A stretch of 64,000 nucleotides of DNA from Chloroflexota bacterium (GTDB taxonomy: Bacteria; Chloroflexota; Limnocylindria; Limnocylindrales; CSP1-4), in NCBI GenBank assembly GCA_004297395.1, contig SCUO01000100.1:80418-144417 (forward strand), read 5' to 3'. Positions 48,825 to 58,869 of the stretch are shown in pieces. How positions within the stretch are numbered: the first letter of the stretch is position 1; the number at the start of each line of letters is the position of its first letter. The position numbers were made by a program, and so were the translations under genes. The notes beneath the pieces are model-generated. The model was not told where the DNA came from. It saw only the letters and a program-made list of their open reading frames with translations, and did not search any database.

Positions 48825-49576
48825 CCCTCGATCGCCACGCGGGCGACGAGGCCGAGGTGGTCGGACGGATACAGCGTCGAGTCGTCGACCGCCGGCCGGT
48901 CGAACGCCAGCCGGCAGGCATCCGCACGAAGGGGCCCGCGGAGCCAGATGTAGTCGAGGCAGCCGGGATCCCCGTCCGTGTCCATCCCGTCCGCCTGGAT
49001 TCCCGACGGCCAGGTGACCGCCGGCTCGGCCCCGTTCGCCTCCACCGACGCCGAGCGATAGCCGGCCTCGACCATCACCCGATAGGCGGCCTCGACCGGC
49101 TCGGCATTGAAATCACCTACGACGATCGTGCCGCCGGCCGCAGGACGCGCGTCGAGCCAGGTGGCGAGCTCGCGAGCCTGGGCCGCACGGATGCCCTCGT
49201 CGGCCGGGACGTGGTGGAGGTGGGTCACCACGAATGCCAGCGTCACTCCACGTTCGAGCCGTACGGGCACTCGGAGCGCCGAGCGTCGCTCGCCCAGGTC
49301 CAGGCGCTCGACGCCACTCGCTTCCACCTCGAGCGTGTCCCGGGCGAGGACGCTGTTGCCGTATTCCGGGCGGCCGGCCCAGCCCCGGTGGATCCCGTAG
49401 CGGGCCTCTCCGGCCGCTCCCAGCAGTCGGTCCTGGCCGACCGCGAAGACGCACTCCTGGAGTCCCATCAGGTCCGGCTGGAGGGCCGCCATGTCGGCGA
49501 CGAGGAGCGGCAGCCGCTCCGGCCAGCGGTCGGCGATGTTGCGGAGGTTCAGGGTCGCGACGTCGAGGGTGGCCAT
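48821..49576 (-). CDS. endonuclease/exonuclease/phosphatase (EEP) family protein
   Basis: ATLN, DLMGLQE, YGNSVL, THLH, GDFN, DYIW and SDH motifs. The ATG overlaps the kinase stop (TGATG). Confidence 0.9.
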   Translation of the reverse strand: MATLDVATLNLRNIADRWPERLPLLVADMAALQPDLMGLQECVFAVGQDRLLGAAGEARYGIHRGWAGRPEYGNSVLARDTLEVEASGVERLDLGERRSALRVPVRLERGVTLAFVVTHLHHVPADEGIRAAQARELATWLDARPAAGGTIVVGDFNAEPVEAAYRVMVEAGYRSASVEANGAEPAVTWPSGIQADGMDTDGDPGCLDYIWLRGPLRADACRLAFDRPAVDDSTLYPSDHLGLVARVAIEG

Positions 49577-50853
49577 CACGCGCCGGCAGTCGGGGCCGGT
49601 GTCGCCGGCGTGGCGCCCGGCAGCGGCAGGCTCATGGTGAAGGTTGCCCCCGCCCCTTCCCTGGACGCGACCGTCAGGCGTCCCCCGTGGCCGTTCACGA
49701 TGTGGCTGGCGATGGCGAGGCCGAGGCCCGTGCCGCCACCCGCGGTCCTCGACCGATCCGCCTTGTAGAAACGCTCGAAGATCCGGGGCAGGTCTGTCGC
49801 GCTGATGCCGATGCCCTGGTCGGTCACGGCGGCCTCGATGGCCTCGCCGGCCTGGCGGACCGAGACCGTGACCGTCGATTCGGGCGGGCTGAACTTGACC
49901 GCGTTGTGGACGAGGTTGGCGAAGACCTGGCCGAGCCGGGCGGCCTCCCCGCGAACGAGCGGCAGGTCCGGCATGACCTCGACCTCGAGGCGAATCCGCT
50001 GGCGCTCGGCGAACGGCCGGAGCCGCTCCACGGATTCGGTCGCCACCCGGCCCAGGCTCACGTCGTCGAGGTGGAGCTGGCGGCCGCCGCTCTCGATCCG
50101 GGCCAGGTCGAGGAGCTCGGAGACCATCTGGGCGATGTTGCCCGTCTCGACCTCCAGCTTGGCGATCCGCTCGCGCATCCGTGGCGGCACGGCCTCGCCG
50201 GCGGCCGCAGCATCCCGGGCGAGCGTCTCGGCGAGGAGGCCGACAGTCGTGATCGGGGTCCGGAGCTCGTGCGACAGGTTGTCGATGAACTCGGCCCGGA
50301 TGCGCTGGAGGCGTCGGAGCTCGGCCACGTCCTCGAGCACGAGCCAGATGCCGAGGATCGGGGAGCGGCGAGCCCGGATGACGAGCGTTGGTCCATCCGG
50401 CTCGCGGAGGACGATCTCGCCCGATGCCGTTCCGTGCTCGGCCGCCGTCCGGGCGATCTCCTCGATGCGATGGTCGAGCAGGGCCTCGATCGCCGTCCGG
50501 CCGAGCATGCTGCCCGGCTCGCGTTCGAGGAAGACGTGGGCGGCGGTGTTGGCGACCTCGACCCGGAGATCGTCGGTCAGGCGGATGACGCCGACGCCGA
50601 TGAGATCGGCGAGGTAGGCAAGGTCGCGGAGGCGCTGGGCCAGGGCGAACTCGGCCGCTTCCGCGCGGCGCCGCAGGCGCATGACACCATCCACGAGCTC
50701 CTCGCCGCTGAGGTCGTTCTCGGCCCCGACCTCGCCGTCCCGGACGCCGTCCGCGACACCGTCGAGCGTTCGACCGCGCGACAGCGCGACGCCGGCGAAG
50801 ATCGCGATGAGGATCGCCTGGGCGGCCACGAACGCGACCACGAGCCAGTCCAT
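49576..50853 (-). CDS. sensor histidine kinase (PhoR/SenX3-like)
   Basis: N-terminal TM, PAS-like region, H-box FIDNLSHELRTP, NLVHNAVKFS, DQG.GI, RIFERFYKAD.SR and GGTGLGLAI. Confidence 0.92.
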   Translation of the reverse strand: MDWLVVAFVAAQAILIAIFAGVALSRGRTLDGVADGVRDGEVGAENDLSGEELVDGVMRLRRRAEAAEFALAQRLRDLAYLADLIGVGVIRLTDDLRVEVANTAAHVFLEREPGSMLGRTAIEALLDHRIEEIARTAAEHGTASGEIVLREPDGPTLVIRARRSPILGIWLVLEDVAELRRLQRIRAEFIDNLSHELRTPITTVGLLAETLARDAAAAGEAVPPRMRERIAKLEVETGNIAQMVSELLDLARIESGGRQLHLDDVSLGRVATESVERLRPFAERQRIRLEVEVMPDLPLVRGEAARLGQVFANLVHNAVKFSPPESTVTVSVRQAGEAIEAAVTDQGIGISATDLPRIFERFYKADRSRTAGGGTGLGLAIASHIVNGHGGRLTVASREGAGATFTMSLPLPGATPATPAPTAGA

Positions 50854-50910
50854 CTGTCGAGGATCGCATACCAGGTCCGAGGCCCGCGCGGTACTCTGTG
50901 GCGACGGCTT

Positions 50911-50927
50911 GTTAACAGTCCGCGCAC
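50911..50927. promoter_or_regulatory. candidate PHO box between the divergent kinase and DUF47 genes
   Basis: GTTAAC (50911) and GCGCAC (50922), matching the GTTAAC/GCCCAC pair upstream of pstS. Confidence 0.45.
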
Positions 50928-50968
50928 GACGCCGTGCGCCGGCCCATCGTCCCGGAGGAGCTCGCCTG

Positions 50969-51586
50969 GTGCGCCTGCGAATGATCCCGCGCGAAGAGCG
51001 CTTCTTCGACATGTTCTCCGAGGACGCCGCCAACGTCCTCGGTGCGGCCAGGCTGCTCGAGGCGATGCTCCGCTCGTACGACGCCATCGATCGACGGGCC
51101 GGTGAGATCCGCGACGCCGAGCATCGCGGCGACGAGATCAGCCACACCATCGGCCATCGCCTGGAGTCGACGTTCGTGACGCCGTTCGACCGCGAGGAGA
51201 TCCACGCCCTCATCAGCGGCCTGGACGACGTCCTCGACTACATCGAGGAGGTGGCCGACACGTTCGTCCTGTACCACGTGGAGGCCCCCACGGCCGTGGC
51301 CGTCGAGCAGGCCGCGATCGTGGTCCGGCAGTGCGAGCAGCTGCACCAGGCCCTGACCCATCTTCGAGGCTTCAAGCACCTGGAGAAGTACTGGATCGAA
51401 GTCCACCGGCTCGAGAACGAGGGCGACCAGCTGGCCCGCAAGGCGATCGCCGATCTCTTCTCCAGCGGCGCCGACCCGCTCGAGGTCATCAAGTGGAAGG
51501 AGATCTACGGTCTCCTCGAGGCCACGATCGACAAGTGCGAGGACGTGGCCAACATCATCGAGCGGATCACGATCAAGCACGCCTGA
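50969..51586 (+). CDS. DUF47 family phosphate transport regulator (PhoU-like)
   Basis: PREERFFDMF, EH.GD, L...FVTPFDRE.I..L...LDDVLD, ENEGD, IKWKEIY..LE...D.CEDVA motifs; RBS GGAGGAG. Confidence 0.93.
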   Translation: MRLRMIPREERFFDMFSEDAANVLGAARLLEAMLRSYDAIDRRAGEIRDAEHRGDEISHTIGHRLESTFVTPFDREEIHALISGLDDVLDYIEEVADTFVLYHVEAPTAVAVEQAAIVVRQCEQLHQALTHLRGFKHLEKYWIEVHRLENEGDQLARKAIADLFSSGADPLEVIKWKEIYGLLEATIDKCEDVANIIERITIKHA

Positions 51587-51669
51587 CGGCGCTGTGAGGC
51601 GACTTCGAACCACGCCGCGGGCCGTATGATCCCGATCGAGGATTGGCCGGAAGGCCGAGGGAGGGGTCG

Positions 51670-52170
51670 ATGAGCTTTCTCGATCGGGCGAAGCAGGCGG
51701 CCCAGCAGGCGGCCGACCAGGCCAAGGCCGCCGCCGAGCAGGCCCGCCACACCGTCACCGAGAGCGCCGACAAGGCCTCCGCGGTCATGAGCGATCCGGC
51801 GACGGCCGAGAAGGCCCGCCAGGCGCTGACCCGGGCGAAGAAGGGCATCTCGACGGCGATCGACCGAATCGACCCGGCCGTGCTCGCCGACGTCGTCATC
51901 AAGGCGACGGCGCTCCAGGAGCGGGCGAACGCGGCGCTCAAGGCGAAGGGTTCGCCGTACCGGATCAGCGAGATCGGGATCGGGGCGGCGATCCCGCCGA
52001 GCGTCACGTTCTCGATCGCGCGGACCGACGACCCGGAGGTCGACATCGTGCCGGAGGGCGCCGTCGCGAGCACGGAGCTCCTGGCTGAGGCGGCGGCAAG
52101 CGGCGAGACCGTCCAGGCCCTCGACGGGACGGTCCTCGACGAGGCGACGCTCGTTGCCGAAGGGACCTGA
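51670..52170 (+). CDS. hypothetical protein with an Ala/Gln/Lys-rich helical N terminus
   Basis: MSFLDRAKQAAQQAADQAK...; RBS GGAGG; no recognised family. Confidence 0.65.
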   Translation: MSFLDRAKQAAQQAADQAKAAAEQARHTVTESADKASAVMSDPATAEKARQALTRAKKGISTAIDRIDPAVLADVVIKATALQERANAALKAKGSPYRISEIGIGAAIPPSVTFSIARTDDPEVDIVPEGAVASTELLAEAAASGETVQALDGTVLDEATLVAEGT

Positions 52171-52339
52171 TCGCGGCGCTGCCGTGGCCTGACCCGGGCG
52201 ACCTCGAGCGCGGGCGCTGGCATCGGGCGTTGGCGTGGGCTACAGTCGCCGGCACGGGGGAGCCATGCAGCCTCGATCCGGACTGGTGACGACGCCCGCG
52301 CCGTCGTCCCGGGGGAGCTCGTCGCGGATGGGAGGATCC

Positions 52340-53173
52340 ATGTCTCGAGCGTCACGCTCGCTCGTTCACCTGCGCTGGCGGCTGGTCGTTGCCGGTCTCG
52401 TCGCCGCGCTGGCCCTGGCGGCCTGCGGCGGATCGTCGTCCCAGGCCCCCAGCGAGGAGCCCGGACAGACCTCCGGACCCGGCGAGACGACCGGGCCGGA
52501 CGGTACGACCGGACCGGGCGACACGGACGGCCCGACCGGCGGCGACGGCAGCGAGGCGTTCAACGCCGCGACCACGGCCCTCGATGCCCTCGATTCGTAC
52601 GCCTTCCGGGTCGAGATCATGACCACGACGGTCAGCGGCGAGGTCACCAACTCGAGTCACATGGTCATGTCCGGGATCGTGACCCACGACCCGGAGGAGG
52701 CCAGCAGCCTCATCCAGGAGGATCTCGACGCCGACGGCAATGTCACCAGCTCGACGGGCATCGTGGTCATCGGGGACGAGGCCTGGCTCGGCGATGGCGA
52801 CACCTGGACGCCGGTCCCGGCCGCCCAGGCCCAGGCATTCATCACCTCGATGGCCAGCTTCCGGCCGGAGCAGATGTTCAGCCTCTACTTCGCCGGCATC
52901 GCCGGCAACTTCGACGAGGTCGGATCCGAATCGAAGAACGGCATCGACTCGACCCACTACCAGGGCGACGAGGAGGTCGGGTCGATCCTCGGCGCGATCG
53001 CCGGCTTCCAGGGCGAGTGGTCGTCCGACGTCTGGATCGCAAACGACGGCGGCTTCCTGGTCCACTCGGAAGCGGGGGCCGAGGCCGCCGCAGGCCCCGA
53101 GGCGGGCCAGTACCTGATCGTCGTCGACATCACCGACCCGAACGACGCCGGGCCGATCGAGCCGCCGGCGTGA
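52340..53173 (+). CDS. lipoprotein, possibly of the LppX/LprAFG (LolA-like) fold
   Basis: Lipobox LAAC, a Gly/Pro/Thr repeat linker, then L.ALDSY.FRV, IVVIGDEAW, E..NGI...HY and DVWIA.DGG.LV. Confidence 0.6.
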   Translation: MSRASRSLVHLRWRLVVAGLVAALALAACGGSSSQAPSEEPGQTSGPGETTGPDGTTGPGDTDGPTGGDGSEAFNAATTALDALDSYAFRVEIMTTTVSGEVTNSSHMVMSGIVTHDPEEASSLIQEDLDADGNVTSSTGIVVIGDEAWLGDGDTWTPVPAAQAQAFITSMASFRPEQMFSLYFAGIAGNFDEVGSESKNGIDSTHYQGDEEVGSILGAIAGFQGEWSSDVWIANDGGFLVHSEAGAEAAAGPEAGQYLIVVDITDPNDAGPIEPPA

Positions 53174-53202
53174 CCTACAGCGTTGCCCGTGCGCGGGCGA
53201 CG

Positions 53203-54942
53203 CTACAGCGATGCGCCGGCCTGCGGCCCATCGCTCGGGATCGCGAAGCCCTCACGTAGCCAGCCCTCGAGCGTCTCGAGCGGCACGGACCGACGATCAC
53301 CCGTCGCGCGACGGGTGATCTCGGCCCCACCCGCCGCGAGCGAGCGTGGGCTGATCGTGACGATCCACGGCATGCCGAGGAGCTCGGCGTCGGTGAACTT
53401 CACGCCGGGCGATTCGTCACGGTCGTCGTAGAGGATGTCGCGGCCGGCCTCGGCCGCGAGGGCGTGGAGGCGGTCGGCGATCTCGGCGACGCGCGGGTCC
53501 TTCGCGGCCGAGATCGTCACGAGGTGGGCGGCGTAGGGCGCCACCTCATCGGGCCAGGCGATGCCCTTGTCGTCGTGGTGGGCCTCCACGATGCAGGCCA
53601 CGTTGCGCCCGAGGCCGATCCCGTACGAGCCCATGACGACGGGGTGGCGCTCGCCGTCCTCGCCGAGGTAGAACGCCCCGATCGAGTTCGCGAAGTCCGT
53701 TCCCAGCTTGAAGATGTTGCCGACCTCGATCCCCTGCCGGAGCGTGACCGGCGTGCCACAGTTGGGGCAGGGATCGCCCGCCCGGGCGTTGGTGATCTCG
53801 GCCACGTGGTCGGGGGTGTAGTCGCGCGGGACGTTGACGTTCCGGACGTGCCAACCCACGCGGTTGGCGCCGGCGACGAGGTTCGGCGAGCGGACGACTA
53901 GCTCATCGACGACGACGACCGCGTCGCGGGCACCGAGCGGCGAGCCGTAGCCGGCCTCCATGCCCCGGGCCTTGATCTCCTCGACCGTCGCCGGCCGCAG
54001 GCCGCCCCGGGCCTTGACGGTATTGACGAGCTTCGTCTCGTTGACGTCGTAGTCGCCGCGGACGATGGCCACGATGAAGCGGCCGTCGCCGGTGACGAAG
54101 AAGGCAGCCTTGGCCGTCCGGCTGCGGGGCACGCCCAGGAAGGTCGCGAGCGCCTCGATCGTCGTCGCGTCGGGGGTTTCGACGTCCTCCATCGGGAGGG
54201 CGTCCTCCGGCTCCGGGTCGGGCTTCCCGACCATCGCGATCTGCTGGTTGTCGGCGAAGCCGCAGGCGTCGCACAGGACGAGGGTGTCCTCGCCGAACTC
54301 GTTGATGACCATGAACTCGTGGGCACCCGATCCGCCCATGATCCCGACGTCGGCGCCGACCGCGATGGCCTCGAGGCCGAGGCGCTTGAAGATCCGCTCG
54401 TAGGCCGCGTACTGGAGGCGATAGCTCCGATCGAGACCCGCGTCGTCGCGGTCGCAGCTGTAGGCGTCCTTCATCACGAACTCGCGGACGCGGATGAGGC
54501 CGCCTCTCGATCGGGGCTCGTCCCGGAACTTGGTCTGGAAGTGATAGACCATCATCGGCAGCTGGCGGTAGCTCTTGACGATGTCGCGGAGCAGTGACGC
54601 CACGACCTCCTCATGGGTCATCGCCAGGACCATGTCGCGCTCGCCGCGGTCCTTGAAGCGGACCAGCTCGGGCCCGATCTTGAAGTAGCGGCCGCTCTCC
54701 TTCCACAGCTCCGCGGGATGGACGACCGGCATCTCCATCTCCTGGGTCCCGATCCGGTCCATCTCCTCGCGGATGACCTGCTCCACGCGCTGGCTGACCC
54801 GGAAGCCGAGGGGCAGGAGCGAGTAGATCCCCGACCCGAGCTGGCGCAGGTAACCGGCCCGCAGGAGGAGCCGGTGCGAGGGCATCTCGGCGTCGCTGGG
54901 GTCGTCGCGGAGGGTGGCGAAGAAGAGCTGGCTCAAGCGCAT
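53203..54942 (-). CDS. proS: proline--tRNA ligase with an inserted editing domain
   Basis: MRLSQLF..TLR, GIYSLLPLG, THEE, KFRDE.R.RGGL.R.REF.MKD.YS, GGSGAHEF, GANR.G.H, EVGNIFKLG, MGSYGIG and GVKF.DAEL.G.P motifs. Confidence 0.97.
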   Translation of the reverse strand: MRLSQLFFATLRDDPSDAEMPSHRLLLRAGYLRQLGSGIYSLLPLGFRVSQRVEQVIREEMDRIGTQEMEMPVVHPAELWKESGRYFKIGPELVRFKDRGERDMVLAMTHEEVVASLLRDIVKSYRQLPMMVYHFQTKFRDEPRSRGGLIRVREFVMKDAYSCDRDDAGLDRSYRLQYAAYERIFKRLGLEAIAVGADVGIMGGSGAHEFMVINEFGEDTLVLCDACGFADNQQIAMVGKPDPEPEDALPMEDVETPDATTIEALATFLGVPRSRTAKAAFFVTGDGRFIVAIVRGDYDVNETKLVNTVKARGGLRPATVEEIKARGMEAGYGSPLGARDAVVVVDELVVRSPNLVAGANRVGWHVRNVNVPRDYTPDHVAEITNARAGDPCPNCGTPVTLRQGIEVGNIFKLGTDFANSIGAFYLGEDGERHPVVMGSYGIGLGRNVACIVEAHHDDKGIAWPDEVAPYAAHLVTISAAKDPRVAEIADRLHALAAEAGRDILYDDRDESPGVKFTDAELLGMPWIVTISPRSLAAGGAEITRRATGDRRSVPLETLEGWLREGFAIPSDGPQAGASL

Positions 54943-55036
54943 GGTTCGCGAAGGATAGCGGCGAGTGCCGGACCAGCGCCGAACGCACCGAGCCGGGCCG
55001 CCGCGACCCGCCTGATCGGGACGTTCGGCAGGTCCG

Positions 55037-55058
55037 ATATCTCACGTTCCGCTGATAT
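55037..55058. promoter_or_regulatory. candidate ArsR operator upstream of acr3
   Basis: ATATC-12 nt-GATAT inverted repeat in an otherwise GC-rich spacer. Confidence 0.35.
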
Positions 55059-55113
55059 GTTGGCTGCAGCCGGCCCCCGACCTCGAGAGGCCGGCCACCC
55101 GCGTGGAGCGATC

Positions 55114-56187
55114 GTGCGCAGCCTCCTGACCCGCCTGGAAGACTTCCGCCTTCTCCCGGTCTTCGTGATCGTCAGCATGGCGATCGGGATCGCGGTCGGG
55201 AACGTCCTCTCGATCTCCGACTTCGCGCTGACGCCCCCGATCGACGCCCTCAAGGCCATCGCCAGCGGGACGTTCGAGCCGACGGTTCCGAACGCGATCA
55301 GCCTGGGCGTCCCGATCGGGCTGTTCGCGATGATGTACCCGGCCATGACGAACGTCCGGCTGGGCGAGGTCGGCGTCGCGTTCCGCTCGCCCCGCCAGCT
55401 GGCCGTGGTCCTGGCCTTCAACTACCTCGTGGCGCCGTTCCTGATGTTCGGCCTGGCCAATGTCTTCGTGGCCGACCCCGAGCTCCGGACGGGCCTCGTC
55501 CTGTACGGCCTCGCGCCGTGCATCGCGATGGTGATCATCTTCACCTTCCTGGCGAAGGGCAACACGCCGATGGCCCTCGTCTTCGTGGCCTTGAACTCGG
55601 TCGTCCAGATGCTCCTGATCCCGGTCTACGCGCGGCTCCTGATCGGCGCCGTCAGCTTCGACGTCTGGGTCGTGGCTGAGAGCGTCATCCTCTACCTGGG
55701 CCTGCCCCTGGTCCTCGGAATCGCCACCCGAATGGCGGTGGTGCGCCGCCGCCGCGAGGCCGGGATGGACGCCCTGAAGCCGGTCCTCAACGGGCTTTCG
55801 ATCGTGGGCCTGCTGTTCACCCTCATCGTCATGTTCGCACTCAAGGGCGATCTCATCCTGGAGCGGCCTGGGATCGTCGTCGAGATGGCCGTCCCGATGG
55901 CCCTGTTCTTCGCCGCGATGTTCTTCGTCGTCCTCCTCGTCGGCGCCCGGCTGCGGTTCCCATATCGAGACGCCGTCGCCGTCGCCTTCAACGCCACTGG
56001 CCGCGACTTCGAGATCGCAATCGCCATCGCGATCACCGCCTTCTCCCCGACGGTCGCCCTGGCCACGGTCGTAGGGCCGCTCGTCGAGGTCCCGGTGATG
56101 CTCTTCCTGGTCTGGTCGGCGATGCGCCTCGCGCCGCGCCTGTTCGGGGTGCGCGCCCTGGCGGTGGTCGAAGGGACCGCAGGATGA
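55114..56187 (+). CDS. acr3: Acr3 family arsenite efflux transporter
   Basis: MMYP, NY..AP.LM, GL.L.GLAPCIAMV, ALNS..Q, LLFT...MF, DFEIAIA.A and VGPLVEVP motifs. Start at GTG 55114. Confidence 0.92.
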   Translation: MRSLLTRLEDFRLLPVFVIVSMAIGIAVGNVLSISDFALTPPIDALKAIASGTFEPTVPNAISLGVPIGLFAMMYPAMTNVRLGEVGVAFRSPRQLAVVLAFNYLVAPFLMFGLANVFVADPELRTGLVLYGLAPCIAMVIIFTFLAKGNTPMALVFVALNSVVQMLLIPVYARLLIGAVSFDVWVVAESVILYLGLPLVLGIATRMAVVRRRREAGMDALKPVLNGLSIVGLLFTLIVMFALKGDLILERPGIVVEMAVPMALFFAAMFFVVLLVGARLRFPYRDAVAVAFNATGRDFEIAIAIAITAFSPTVALATVVGPLVEVPVMLFLVWSAMRLAPRLFGVRALAVVEGTAG

Positions 56188-56513
56188 GCATCCGGCTGCC
56201 CGTCATCGGTCAGCCGCGGCTCGACCTCGAGGCGCCCGACGTTACCGAGGCCACGGCTGCCGCGGCCCTGCTCGCGGACCGGACGCGGGCCGCGATCCTG
56301 CGAATGCTCGGCGACGGGCCCCACTGCGTCTGCGAAATGGCAGCCGCCCTCGGAGAGCGCGAGAACAACGTGAGCAACCATCTCGCCCGGCTCCGCGAGG
56401 CCGGGCTCGTGCGGGCCGTTCGCCACGAGACCAACGCCCGGTTCCAGTACTACGAGCGCGACGAGGCCGCGGTCGCGGCGGCACGCCGGGCGCTTCAGGG
56501 GGTGCTCCGGTGA
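56184..56513 (+). CDS. arsR: ArsR/SmtB family repressor
   Basis: LADRTR..IL..L, HCVCEM and NVSNHLARLREAGLV motifs. Confidence 0.88.
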   Translation: MSIRLPVIGQPRLDLEAPDVTEATAAAALLADRTRAAILRMLGDGPHCVCEMAAALGERENNVSNHLARLREAGLVRAVRHETNARFQYYERDEAAVAAARRALQGVLR

Positions 56514-57550
56514 CGAGCGTCGTCGCCCGACGGGCCCATGTTCCGTTGCCGCTCGTCGTGGGCGCGGCTGCAACCGCCTGGCTCGTGGCCTGGCTCGTGA
56601 ACCTGCCCGCGGCCGAGTGGCTGGCCTTCACGGTCCTCGGCCTGGGGCGAGGGTCGCAGCTTGGGGACGCCGTGGCGTTCTTCCTGTACGACGTCCCGAA
56701 GGTCCTGCTCCTCCTCGCCGGCGTCGTCACGCTGGTGTCCTTCATCCGCTCGTTCGTCTCGCCCGAGCGTGTCCGGCTGGCGCTCGCCCGCCGCGGGGCC
56801 GTGCCCGGCACGGTGGCCGCCGCGGGCTTCGGCATGGTGACCCCGTTCTGCTCCTGCTCGGCCGTGCCGCTGTTCATCGGCTTCGTCGAGGCGGGCGTGC
56901 CGCTCGGCGTGACGTTCGCCTTCCTCGTCGCCTCGCCGATGGTCAACGAGGTCGCGCTCGTCCTCCTGTGGGGCCTGTTCGGCCCGGGAATCGCGCTTGC
57001 CTACATGGCGGCGGGACTGGGCGTCGCGATCGTCGCCGGCCTGGTCATCGGCCGCCTGGGCCTGGAGCGCCACGTCGAGGACTACGTCTGGAAGATCCGC
57101 GCCGGCTCGGCGATCGGCGAGCTTCGACCGACGCTGGAGGAGCGGGTCCACGACGCCTGGCGCTCGACGCTCGACATCGTCAAGCGCGTCTTCCCGTTTG
57201 TCGTCGCCGGGATCGCGATCGGAGCCGCCATTCATGGCTTCGTCCCGAGTGAGCTCGTGGTCAGCCTCGGCGGTCGTGACAACCCGCTCGCCGTCCCGGC
57301 GCTGGTGCTGCTGGGCGTACCCCTGTACAGCAACGCCGCCGGCACCATCCCGATCGTCGAGGCACTCCTCGACAAGGGCCTGCCGCTGGGCTCGGCACTC
57401 GCGTTCATGATGGCCGTCACCGCCCTGTCCGTGCCCGAGCTGGTGATCCTCCGGCGGGTCATGAAGCCGTCCCTCATCGCCACCTTCGTGGCCGTCGTCG
57501 CGAGCGGGATCCTGCTCGTCGGCTACGGCTTCAACCTGCTCATCAGCTGA
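56510..57550 (+). CDS. DUF318 permease (ArsP-like)
   Basis: FFLYD.PK, TPFCSCSAVPLFIG, FL..SP.VNE, GVPLYSN..G.IP and A.MM.VTALS.PE motifs. Confidence 0.9.
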   Translation: MTSVVARRAHVPLPLVVGAAATAWLVAWLVNLPAAEWLAFTVLGLGRGSQLGDAVAFFLYDVPKVLLLLAGVVTLVSFIRSFVSPERVRLALARRGAVPGTVAAAGFGMVTPFCSCSAVPLFIGFVEAGVPLGVTFAFLVASPMVNEVALVLLWGLFGPGIALAYMAAGLGVAIVAGLVIGRLGLERHVEDYVWKIRAGSAIGELRPTLEERVHDAWRSTLDIVKRVFPFVVAGIAIGAAIHGFVPSELVVSLGGRDNPLAVPALVLLGVPLYSNAAGTIPIVEALLDKGLPLGSALAFMMAVTALSVPELVILRRVMKPSLIATFVAVVASGILLVGYGFNLLIS

Positions 57551-57560
57551 GGAGATCGTC

Positions 57561-57800
57561 ATGCGGGTCGTCGAAGTCCTCGGGTCCGGCTGCGCCAAGT
57601 GCCAGTACGTCGAACGGCTGGTGCGCGAGGTCGTCAACGAGGCGGGCATCGAGGCCGACGTCCGGCACGTCACGGACTACGCCGAGATCGCCGCCCGGGG
57701 CGTCCTGGCCACGCCGGGACTCGCCATCGACGGCCTGGTCGTGATCGCCGGCCGGATTCCCTCGCGCGAGCAGGTCGCCACCTGGCTCGGGGTCGTCTGA
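57561..57800 (+). CDS. small thioredoxin-like redox protein (MTH895/Thioredoxin_3 type)
   Basis: VLGSGCAKC and GVLATPGL.IDG...GR.P motifs. Confidence 0.9.
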   Translation: MRVVEVLGSGCAKCQYVERLVREVVNEAGIEADVRHVTDYAEIAARGVLATPGLAIDGLVVIAGRIPSREQVATWLGVV

Positions 57801-57861
57801 TCGACGCTCGTCCATGCGCGGCGGGGAAGGCCGCGCCGCCCGTACCTGCTAGCCTTCTGGC

Positions 57862-58869
57862 GTGCCCGACGGCGTGACCCTGCTCCTGATCCTCGTGCTC
57901 GCGCTCGCCGTCCTCTTCGATTACGTCAACGGCTTCCACGACACCGCGAATGCAATCGCGACCTCGGTCTCGACGCGGGCCCTGCGACCGGACCACGCGA
58001 TCCTGATGTCGGCGACGGCCAACTTCGTCGGGGCGCTGACCGGGACGGCCGTCGCCAAGACGATCTCGTCGGGGATCGCGTCGACGCCCGATGGCGATGC
58101 CGGCCAGATCATCGTCGCCGCCGCCCTCGTCGGCGCGATCGCCTGGGACCTCATCACCTGGCGCCTGGGCATCCCCTCCTCCTCCAGCCATGCCCTCATC
58201 GGTGGCCTGATCGGGGCGGTCATCGCTGCGAGCGGGACCGGGGCGCTGAAGATCGACGGGATCATCGGCAAGGTCCTCGTGCCGCTCGTTAGCTCACCGA
58301 TCCTCGGCGTGGCGATCGGGTTCGGCCTCATGGTCGTCCTGTTCAACGTCTTCCGAAGCGTCCACCCGCGCAAGCTCAACGATCGGTTCCGGCGGCTCCA
58401 GGTCCTGTCGGCCGCCTACATGGCCTTCAGCCACGGCTCGAACGATGCCCAGAAGACGATGGGCATCATGACCCTGGCGCTCATCGCCGGCGGGATCCTG
58501 CCGCACGACGCGAAGATCCCGCTGTGGGTCATCCTCCTCGCCGCCTCGGCGATCTCGCTGGGGACCGCGGCCGGCGGCTGGCGGATCATCCGGACCATGG
58601 GCCAGCGGGTCGTGAAGCTGGATCCGGTGCACGGCTTCGCGGCCGAGACGACGGCGGCAACGATCATCCTGGGCGCCTCGTCGTTCGGGATGCCGGTCTC
58701 GACGACCCACGTCATCTCGTCGGCGATCATGGGAGTCGGCTCGAGCGACCGGTTCTCGGCGGTCCGCTGGGGCGTGGCCGGCAACATCGTCATTGCCTGG
58801 ATCCTGACGATCCCGGCCTCGGGCGCCGTGGCCTGGCTCGCCTGGGAGTTCCTCAGCCGGGTCCTCTAG
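57862..58869 (+). CDS. pit: inorganic phosphate transporter (PiT family)
   Basis: NGFHDTANAIAT, G.PSSSSHALIGG, HGSNDAQK.MG, GGWRII.TMG and P.STTH.ISS.I.GVG motifs. Confidence 0.95.
   Translation: MPDGVTLLLILVLALAVLFDYVNGFHDTANAIATSVSTRALRPDHAILMSATANFVGALTGTAVAKTISSGIASTPDGDAGQIIVAAALVGAIAWDLITWRLGIPSSSSHALIGGLIGAVIAASGTGALKIDGIIGKVLVPLVSSPILGVAIGFGLMVVLFNVFRSVHPRKLNDRFRRLQVLSAAYMAFSHGSNDAQKTMGIMTLALIAGGILPHDAKIPLWVILLAASAISLGTAAGGWRIIRTMGQRVVKLDPVHGFAAETTAATIILGASSFGMPVSTTHVISSAIMGVGSSDRFSAVRWGVAGNIVIAWILTIPASGAVAWLAWEFLSRVL

Noticed and set aside
52240-52339. Possible riboswitch in the ~90-nt leader of the lipoprotein gene
   Set aside because: Only a 7-bp hairpin (GACGACG...CGTCGTC) is visible, with no aptamer consensus I recognise.
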